NCBI GenBank assembly: GCA_903912405.1
Contig: CAIWHF010000123.1
Span: 1-49,367, forward strand
Reading direction: 5' to 3'
DNA: 49,367 nucleotides
DNA from: an uncultured Bacteroidota bacterium
Lineage (GTDB): Bacteria; Bacteroidota; Bacteroidia; Chitinophagales; Chitinophagaceae
Shown: one piece after another, positions 18,424 through 25,583 of the stretch
Numbering within the stretch: position 1 is the first letter of the stretch
Layout: each line of letters opens with the position of its first letter
Notes under the pieces: model-generated
The model's input: only the letters and a program-made list of their open reading frames with translations
Told to the model about the DNA's origin: nothing
The model's database searches: none
Program-made: the position numbers and the translations under genes

Positions 18424-19839
18424 ATGCAACTTTTAAAGAAGAATCTATCCACTATTTTATTTGCAATAGGTTTGTTGCTGTTTGTAACGTATCAATATTC
18501 CTTTTTAGCAACCCCTTATTTTTGGGATGAATTGGGGGTGTATATTCCAGCGGCACAACATATGAAGGATGCGGGCACTATTAGTTTAATGCCATCGAGT
18601 TTAGATCCACTCTATTCAAGAGGGCATCCTTTATTATATACTTTTTTAAACGCTAGTGCGTTTCGTTTTTTTGGAGATCGGGTAGTGGTTGCCCACTCCT
18701 TAGCCTTACTATTTGCGGTATTAGTGCTGCTTTCTTTTTATTATATCCTTAGTAGCTTGTTCACTAAAAGAATCGCCTTGCTTTCTTGTTGGATAGTAGC
18801 AGTGCAGCCTCTTTTTGTAGCCATGTCAATAGTGAGTTTGCCCGAAATGTGCCTAAGCTTGTTCTTGCTCTGGGCTATATGGGCTTTAATTAAAGAGCAT
18901 TGGCTACTCTTTGCTATCATGAGTACCTTGGCTATATTAACGAAAGAATCTGCAATCGTTATTGTTGGAGTTGCGTTCTCTTTTGTTGTAATCAAACAGC
19001 ATTTGATGGATAAGACTTATAGTCGTCAACAAATTCGATGGGCACTGCTATTTGCTTCTACGCCTATGTTTTTTTATGCGTTGTTTTTAGGTATACAACG
19101 AATTCAAAATGGCTGGTTTTTCTTTCCGGAGCATATTGGCTATTTGCATTTTAATATTGTTGGTTTTTTTGATACCAATTGGCTGATGTGCAAACAGTTC
19201 TTTTTTAATAAAAGTAATTTCATTATTGGTAGTGCTGCCTTTGTAAGCCTTGCGTATAATTTAATTTATTATAAAAAAGCCAATACCTTTAGTTTTGTTG
19301 TAATATCCTTTATTATCATTTCCATGTTCTTCTCTAATGTCAATTTCTATATGCAGCGTTACTTGCTTATCATCTTGCCATGGGTTGTGGTGTTGGGAAT
19401 GGTGGCTATAGAAAATGCACTAAAGATGTATTTAAAAGTGCCAACATGGAGAGCACCTATTTTATGGATAGTAGTTGTAGTTTCTTGCGGGCTGGCAATT
19501 ATCCATTGGGATTCGAATACCTTTAATGACACCTGCGATACCTCTTATAGAAAAACAGTTTCCTTGGTGCAACAAACTGCCGATTGGCTTCAACAGCAAC
19601 CTTGGAATCAGCAAAGGATAGAAGCCAATTTTCCTATTTATCAGGCCTTGCAAGAACCCCGAAATGGATATGTAAAAAAGCCCTTAAATATTGCTGTCAA
19701 TTTTCAAGAAAAGTGTAAGTATGGTATCTTTTTCAAGACCAAGGGTATTTGGGATCCATTAAGGGAACATAGTTACCTTAAAACGTTGCAGCTTTTTAAA
19801 AATGATTTTGCTGAAGTTAGGGTGGTAGAATTTTACTAA
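18424..19839 (+). CDS. Polytopic GT-C-fold glycosyltransferase (PMT_2 / ArnT-like, GT39/GT83-type)
   Basis: ORF track 18325..19839; start set at ATG 18424 (MQLLKKNLSTILFAIGLLLF). About 11 hydrophobic helices. The first loop reads YFWDELGVYIPAAQHM...SRGHPLLYTFLNASAFRFFGD, matching the acidic DE loop and HPPLY-like motif pattern of PMT_2/ArnT enzymes. Soluble C-terminal ~90 aa. Confidence 0.6.
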   Translation: MQLLKKNLSTILFAIGLLLFVTYQYSFLATPYFWDELGVYIPAAQHMKDAGTISLMPSSLDPLYSRGHPLLYTFLNASAFRFFGDRVVVAHSLALLFAVLVLLSFYYILSSLFTKRIALLSCWIVAVQPLFVAMSIVSLPEMCLSLFLLWAIWALIKEHWLLFAIMSTLAILTKESAIVIVGVAFSFVVIKQHLMDKTYSRQQIRWALLFASTPMFFYALFLGIQRIQNGWFFFPEHIGYLHFNIVGFFDTNWLMCKQFFFNKSNFIIGSAAFVSLAYNLIYYKKANTFSFVVISFIIISMFFSNVNFYMQRYLLIILPWVVVLGMVAIENALKMYLKVPTWRAPILWIVVVVSCGLAIIHWDSNTFNDTCDTSYRKTVSLVQQTADWLQQQPWNQQRIEANFPIYQALQEPRNGYVKKPLNIAVNFQEKCKYGIFFKTKGIWDPLREHSYLKTLQLFKNDFAEVRVVEFY

Positions 19840-19915
19840 ACACCCTATATAATTGCTAAAATTATAGGTCTTACTAATTTATATTACTTAACTTAGTGAC
19901 TCTTTATTTCCAAGT

Positions 19916-22900
19916 ATGGGATACCAACAACTCAAACCACTTTTTGCCTTTCTATTGTTGTTTTTTATAGCTACAATAGGTCGTGCGCAAACAGCAAATT
20001 TTACGGCTAATGTAACTAGTGGATGCGCTCCCATGTTGGTGCAATTTACAAGTACCTCTACGGGTACAAATGCGGCTACAACCTATCAATGGAGTTTTGG
20101 CAATACCGTTAGTTCTGTATTACAAAATCCTTCTACAACCTATTCTAATCCGGGAACCTATACCGTTACCCTAACGGTTGCAAATGGACCAGGCAGTACA
20201 AATACAAAAACCATCACCAATTATATCACCGTATTGCCGGCACCGCAAGTGAGCTATACGACCAATTTAAATGCTACTTGTCCAGGATCGGCTATTCAAT
20301 TTACCAATACTTCTGTTAATGGAGTTGCTGGAGCGGCAACCTATTTGTGGAATTTTGGCGATGGCAATTCAGCTAATACCGCCAATCCATTACATACCTT
20401 TGCTTTGCCGGGTACGTATAATATTACCTTGCAAGTGACCAATAATGCAGGTTGCACTAAAACGCGATTAGATACCAACCGTATTTTAATTTATACGCCT
20501 CCAAGCGGAACCTTTTCGGCTAATGCTACGCAATTTTGTAATGCGCCTCAAACGATTAATTTTACAAGCGCAATCACGGGATCTGGTCCTTTTACCTATG
20601 CTTGGAATTTTGGAGATAATACAACGGGTGTAGGGGCTACCACTTCGCATACCTATACGAGTAATGGTGTTTATACGGTTAAATTAGTTGTTACGGATGT
20701 GAATGGTTGTAAGGACACGATTATTAATTCGAATTTTATAAATCTATCGGCTCCTCAAGCGCAATTCTCGGCTCCAACAAGCGCTTGCCAATTAGCGCCT
20801 GTTAATTTTACTAATACCACCAATACCGCCATTACAGGATTTGTTTGGCTCTTTGGCGATGGCGATACGGCAATGCAATACAGCCCTACGCATACCTATT
20901 TAAATGCAGGAACCTATACGGTGAAACTAGTGGCTATTAATGGTGCTTGCACTGATACGGTTTCGCATACGATTATAATCAATCCTAAACCTGTTGCCAA
21001 TTTTACAGTGGCTACTACGGGTACATGTCCCGCGCCACAAACTATTTCTTTTTTAAACATGAGCACTAATACAACTACCTATGTGTGGTCGTTTGGTGAT
21101 GGCACATCTTCTACGGCTAGTAATCCTGCTCATTTATATACGAGCGATTCTTTTTATACCGTAAAGCTCATCGCTTCTAATAGTTTTGGTTGCTATGATT
21201 CTATTACGATTACAGATGCAGTAAAAATATATCCCTTACGCCTAGAAGCTTTGCCCAATAAATTAGATGGATGTATTCCGCTTGCCATCACTTTCCAAGG
21301 TTATTTACAAACGCGCAACCCACCTTCGCAACCCGTTTGGAATGGGGTATATCCATTTGGTATTGCTTCTTATAGTTGGTCTTTTGGCGACAACACCTTT
21401 TCTACTGCTGCAAACCCAACGCATACCTATACAACGGTTGGGGTGTTTTGGGTGAAGCTAACAGCCGTTACATTTAATGGATGCACGGTTGTTGATTCGT
21501 TTCAGGTTGCTGCGGGTAGTCCACCTACAGCCAATTTTACCTACGCACCGAGCACGGTTTGTTTACGCGATAGCGTTCATTTTATTAATACTAGTACGAA
21601 CGCAACTGCATACTATTGGTTTTTTGGCGACTCAGGATCAAGTGGTGATGTAAGTCCGTATTATCATTATAATTATCCTGGTGTATTTACGGTGAAATTG
21701 ATGGCACTCAATAATGGTTGTAAAGATTCTATAATAAAGACAAATATCATTACGGCATTAGGTCCAAAGTCGATTCCTAATTTCACATATGATTGTGCTA
21801 ATCCATTATTAGTGCATTTTGCGGATAGTTCTATTTTATCAACTTCGCATACGTGGTTTTTTGGCGATGGACAAAGTTCTACAGCCAATCATCCCAATCA
21901 CACCTATGCTAGCTTGGGCACCTATCAAGTGATGTTGGTGGCGCAAAATAGTACAACCGGTTGTATTGATACCAATCATACAGTGGTGCAACTCATTGCC
22001 TCTAATCCAAATTTTATTGCAACCGATACTACGCTCTGCAAAAAGCAAGTTATTACCTTATCGGCGATAGATACGCAAAATATTGTGCAATACAATTGGA
22101 CCAATAACTGGGGTTCCTTTCAAGACACAACTTTTTCTATCATCGATTCATTTCCATATGTAGGAGCGTATACAATTAAATTAATTACTGTAGATAAGCA
22201 TAATTGTAGAGATACCATTACCAAAACAAATTATATTAAAGTAGCTTGGCCTAATGTTAGTTTCGGAGCAACTCCATTAATTGGTTGCACGCCCATGACG
22301 GTTGTTTTTAGTGATTCAACCACTAATATCCCTGGCGTTCAGCTCACTACTCGAAAATGGTATTGGGGAGATGCAACACAAAATACCTATTTTGGCCCCA
22401 TAGCCAATCATACGTATATCAATCCGGGTTTGTATACGGTTAAGTTAATTGTGTCGGATACATTTGGGTGTAAGGACTCGCTCACAAAAAATAACTATAT
22501 CGATGCACGGCATCCACAACCATTATTTTTTGCAGACGATACCACCGCTTGTATTGGACAGGTTATTAATTTTACAAATCTTACAGTGGCAAGTACAGGC
22601 ACTACATATCAATGGTATTTTGGCGACGGCACTAGTGCTACTTCATATAATCCATCGCATGGTTATACCGCTACGGGATTGTATACCGTGAAGTTAATTG
22701 CAACAGATCCTATTGGATGTAAAGACTCTTTTATAAGAGTTAATAATATAAGTATTACAAAACCGATAGCGAGTTTCACCGTCAGTGATTCTATAGCTAT
22801 TTGTCCACCTTTATTAGTGCAGTTTACCAATACGTCACAGAATGCATTAAGTTATGCATGGTCTTTTGGTAATGCTAATTCGTCTATAGCTACCAACCCC

Positions 22901-24490
22901 ACAAATCCTTATAACAGTCCGGGTTTATATACGATCCGTTTGATTGCTACCAATGCTAGTGGCTGTACGGATACGGCTTTTAAACAAGTGAAGGTGTTGG
23001 GATATGCCGGTGCATTCTCTTACACTACCACCTCTGGTTGTGCGCCCTTAACAGTTTCGTTTACAGCAAACATTAGTAATGTGCCGTCTCTAATTTGGGA
23101 TTTTAGTGATGGCGTTACACAAAATAGTAATGGTGTATTGACCGTAATGCATACATATAATACGCCTGGCGCCTATGTGCCAAAAATTTTAGTTAGTGAT
23201 GGAATGGGTTGCGTTGCTTCTAGTATTGGATTAGATACTATAAAAGTAAATGCTGTTTTTTCGGGCTTTAAAACTAATCCATTCCCGATTTGTGAAAAAG
23301 CAGCTGTGACCTTTATAGATACTTCAAAGAGTTTGTATGCTACGGTCAATGCTTGGTCATGGACTACTTCCAATGCCTTGTCAAGCACTTTAGCACAACC
23401 AGTATTTAGTTTTCCAACAGCTGGTCTATATACCGTTAAATTAATAGCAAGTGATGCAATGGGTTGCAAGGATTCTATTATCAAACAAATAAAAGTAGAA
23501 ACGCTTCCTGTTATTAATGCAGGTAAAGACACCGTAATTTGTTTGGGTGATGCGGTTCAACTTCAAGCTTCAGGTGGTATTGCATATGCTTGGAATGCCG
23601 TAGCTACGCTATCTTGTTTGAATTGTGCGGCACCCTTGGCTACTCCAACAACTGTTACAAAATATGTAGTTTTTGGTACGGATAATAATGGATGTGTAAA
23701 TAAAGATACGGTTCAAATTTCTTTGAAAACAAAAACTGATTTCTTTGTAAAATCCGATACGGCTATTTGTAAAGGGCATTCAGCCAATTTATTTGCATAC
23801 GGAGCAAATCAATATATATGGTCGCCAAGTAGTAGTTTGAATAATGCGCTTATACCTAATCCTATAGCTACGCCTTCAGCAACGCAAATTTATAAAGTAC
23901 TCGGATATGAAGGTGCTTGTTTTCCCGATTCGCTCTTTGTGAAAGTGACCATCATGCCGCGTCCTATTGTAAATGCAGGAGCCAATCAACAAATTACGGC
24001 AGGCGATCTTTTGTATTTGTATGGCTCAGGCACCAATGTTATTCACTATCAGTGGTTGCCAAGTGCGGGTATAAATTGCGACACCTGTGCATATACTAGT
24101 GTATATCCTAAGCAGTCCGGATCATATAGTTTAATTGGTACTAATAGTTTTGGATGTACAGATACTAGTAGCATGCAAGTAAGAGTATTATGCCAAGCTG
24201 AACAAGTATTTATTCCCAATTCATTTACCCCAAATGGTGATGGGCATAATGATGTCTTTTATCCAAGAGGTAAGGGCTTGAGCATCATTACATCATTTAA
24301 AATTTTTGATCGTTGGGGCGAATTAATATTTGAACGCAATAATATTCAAACAGATGATCCGAGTGTTGGATGGGATGGCGAGTTTAGAGGCGTAGTATTA
24401 AGTCCGGATGTATATGTATATATCATGGAGGCCATTTGTGAAACAGGCGAACCGATAAATTGGAAAGGGGATATCATGATCATGCGATAA
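19916..24490 (+). CDS. Giant T9SS-secreted surface protein: 14 PKD-like repeats, 3 Cys-rich Ig-like modules, type B (gliding-motility-associated) C-terminal sorting domain
   Basis: 1,524 aa. Signal peptide ...ATIGRAQ. There are 14 modules of ~83-84 aa with W.FGDG...NP.H.Y...G.YTV.L.....GC.D patterning. C-terminal VFIPNSFTPNGDGHNDVFYPRGKG...FDRWGELIFE...GWDGEFRG...DVYVY matches the TIGR04131-type CTD. Confidence 0.85.
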   Translation: MGYQQLKPLFAFLLLFFIATIGRAQTANFTANVTSGCAPMLVQFTSTSTGTNAATTYQWSFGNTVSSVLQNPSTTYSNPGTYTVTLTVANGPGSTNTKTITNYITVLPAPQVSYTTNLNATCPGSAIQFTNTSVNGVAGAATYLWNFGDGNSANTANPLHTFALPGTYNITLQVTNNAGCTKTRLDTNRILIYTPPSGTFSANATQFCNAPQTINFTSAITGSGPFTYAWNFGDNTTGVGATTSHTYTSNGVYTVKLVVTDVNGCKDTIINSNFINLSAPQAQFSAPTSACQLAPVNFTNTTNTAITGFVWLFGDGDTAMQYSPTHTYLNAGTYTVKLVAINGACTDTVSHTIIINPKPVANFTVATTGTCPAPQTISFLNMSTNTTTYVWSFGDGTSSTASNPAHLYTSDSFYTVKLIASNSFGCYDSITITDAVKIYPLRLEALPNKLDGCIPLAITFQGYLQTRNPPSQPVWNGVYPFGIASYSWSFGDNTFSTAANPTHTYTTVGVFWVKLTAVTFNGCTVVDSFQVAAGSPPTANFTYAPSTVCLRDSVHFINTSTNATAYYWFFGDSGSSGDVSPYYHYNYPGVFTVKLMALNNGCKDSIIKTNIITALGPKSIPNFTYDCANPLLVHFADSSILSTSHTWFFGDGQSSTANHPNHTYASLGTYQVMLVAQNSTTGCIDTNHTVVQLIASNPNFIATDTTLCKKQVITLSAIDTQNIVQYNWTNNWGSFQDTTFSIIDSFPYVGAYTIKLITVDKHNCRDTITKTNYIKVAWPNVSFGATPLIGCTPMTVVFSDSTTNIPGVQLTTRKWYWGDATQNTYFGPIANHTYINPGLYTVKLIVSDTFGCKDSLTKNNYIDARHPQPLFFADDTTACIGQVINFTNLTVASTGTTYQWYFGDGTSATSYNPSHGYTATGLYTVKLIATDPIGCKDSFIRVNNISITKPIASFTVSDSIAICPPLLVQFTNTSQNALSYAWSFGNANSSIATNPTNPYNSPGLYTIRLIATNASGCTDTAFKQVKVLGYAGAFSYTTTSGCAPLTVSFTANISNVPSLIWDFSDGVTQNSNGVLTVMHTYNTPGAYVPKILVSDGMGCVASSIGLDTIKVNAVFSGFKTNPFPICEKAAVTFIDTSKSLYATVNAWSWTTSNALSSTLAQPVFSFPTAGLYTVKLIASDAMGCKDSIIKQIKVETLPVINAGKDTVICLGDAVQLQASGGIAYAWNAVATLSCLNCAAPLATPTTVTKYVVFGTDNNGCVNKDTVQISLKTKTDFFVKSDTAICKGHSANLFAYGANQYIWSPSSSLNNALIPNPIATPSATQIYKVLGYEGACFPDSLFVKVTIMPRPIVNAGANQQITAGDLLYLYGSGTNVIHYQWLPSAGINCDTCAYTSVYPKQSGSYSLIGTNSFGCTDTSSMQVRVLCQAEQVFIPNSFTPNGDGHNDVFYPRGKGLSIITSFKIFDRWGELIFERNNIQTDDPSVGWDGEFRGVVLSPDVYVYIMEAICETGEPINWKGDIMIMR

Positions 24491-24500
24491 AGAATACACT

Positions 24501-25535
24501 ATGATGAAGATGATAAGATTTGTATTAATTATGTTAGGAATGATGGTGGCTGTGGTAACTCAGGCGCAGGATATTCATTTTTCACAATTTTATGAAAGTA
24601 CTATTTTACGAAATCCTTCCTTAATAGGTTTGTTTGAAGGAGCCTATAAAATAAGTACCTTAAACAAATCGCAGTGGCAAAGTATAAGCAAGCCTTACCA
24701 AACGAACTTGGTAAATGCAGAAATTCGCGTGCCTATCAATAAAAGTGCTGAAGATGTAATCAGTTTTGGACTTACATTTTTTGCCGATAAAGCAGGTACT
24801 GCACAATTAAAAACACAAGCAGTTTATCCGTGTATAAATTACAGTAAATCTTTAGGTGGATTTCACAATGAATATATTTCTTTAGGATTTACCATTGGAT
24901 ATTTGCAACGCAATTTTGATATAAGCAAACTTACCTTCAACGAGCAGTATTTTAATAGTGCTTTCAATGCAAGTAATGCCAATGGGGAGAATATTACGAA
25001 TACTAATAGTAGTCAGCTAGATGTTGGTGTTGGGCTTAATTATAGTAGAAGCTTCGGATATGAAAATGGCAGTAGTTTTTATTTGGGTGCTGCTGCCTAC
25101 CATTTAAATCAACCTAAATCAAATTTCACTGCAAGTGAATTAACAGTGCCCATGCGCTTTAATGTAAACATGGGATGGGCGAGTGCTATTGGAGAATTTT
25201 GGAATATGCAATTACTAACGAATGCTTGTGTGCAAGGTGCTTATTTAGAAAGCACCAGTGGCTTATTGTTTAATTATAGAACAGTTGACCGAGATTATAA
25301 AACGGAATTCATTTTACAATTAGGAACTTTATATCGTTTTCAAGACGCTATCATACCTACTGTTAAATGTGTTTATAGATCATATCAACTGGGCTTGAGT
25401 TATGATATTAATGTATCTTCCTTGAAATCGGCAAGCAGCATGCGCGGCGGCTTAGAATGCTCCTTAGCGCTGCTGGGCGTGTTTAGAAATGCGAATAGAA
25501 GTGCTAGTAAAACTATTTGTCCTCATTTCTACTAA
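24501..25535 (+). CDS. PorP/SprF-family type IX secretion system membrane protein
   Basis: 344 aa. Signal peptide ...VVTQAQ followed directly by DIHFSQFYESTILRNPSLIG, the characteristic N-terminal motif of PorP/SprF (TIGR03519-like). Beta-barrel-like remainder. Starts 10 nt after the type B CTD cargo gene. Confidence 0.8.
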   Translation: MMKMIRFVLIMLGMMVAVVTQAQDIHFSQFYESTILRNPSLIGLFEGAYKISTLNKSQWQSISKPYQTNLVNAEIRVPINKSAEDVISFGLTFFADKAGTAQLKTQAVYPCINYSKSLGGFHNEYISLGFTIGYLQRNFDISKLTFNEQYFNSAFNASNANGENITNTNSSQLDVGVGLNYSRSFGYENGSSFYLGAAAYHLNQPKSNFTASELTVPMRFNVNMGWASAIGEFWNMQLLTNACVQGAYLESTSGLLFNYRTVDRDYKTEFILQLGTLYRFQDAIIPTVKCVYRSYQLGLSYDINVSSLKSASSMRGGLECSLALLGVFRNANRSASKTICPHFY

Positions 25536-25570
25536 AAGAGCCATTCATTGAATGGCTCTTTTATTTTTTA
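25534..25570. terminator. Bidirectional rho-independent terminator between convergent porP/sprF-like gene and sucA
   Basis: AAAAGAGCCATTC-ATT-GAATGGCTCTTTT is a 13-bp perfect stem with an A-run before it and TTATTTTTT after it. It sits between the stops at 25535 (+) and 25584 (-). Confidence 0.65.
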
Positions 25571-25583
25571 TATGAACAGGTGT

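Noticed and set aside
19994-23509. The PKD array as a recent tandem amplification, a phase-variable repeat tract or an assembly collapse/expansion.
   Set aside because: The repeats are conserved only at the motif level. I saw no long identical or near-identical nucleotide stretches between modules, so slipped-strand variation or misassembly is unlikely.
23173-23532. A 119-aa antisense ORF inside the PKD-repeat gene. Similar shadow ORFs occur at 853-1155, 13359-13652, 27619-27876, 29637-29894, 34679-34996 and 37625-37924, along with many 60-90-aa track entries.
   Set aside because: Each lies wholly inside, and antisense to or out of frame with, a long ORF that has strong family motifs. Their translations are low-complexity or hydrophobic with no recognisable motifs. 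They are typical shadow ORFs in AT-rich DNA.
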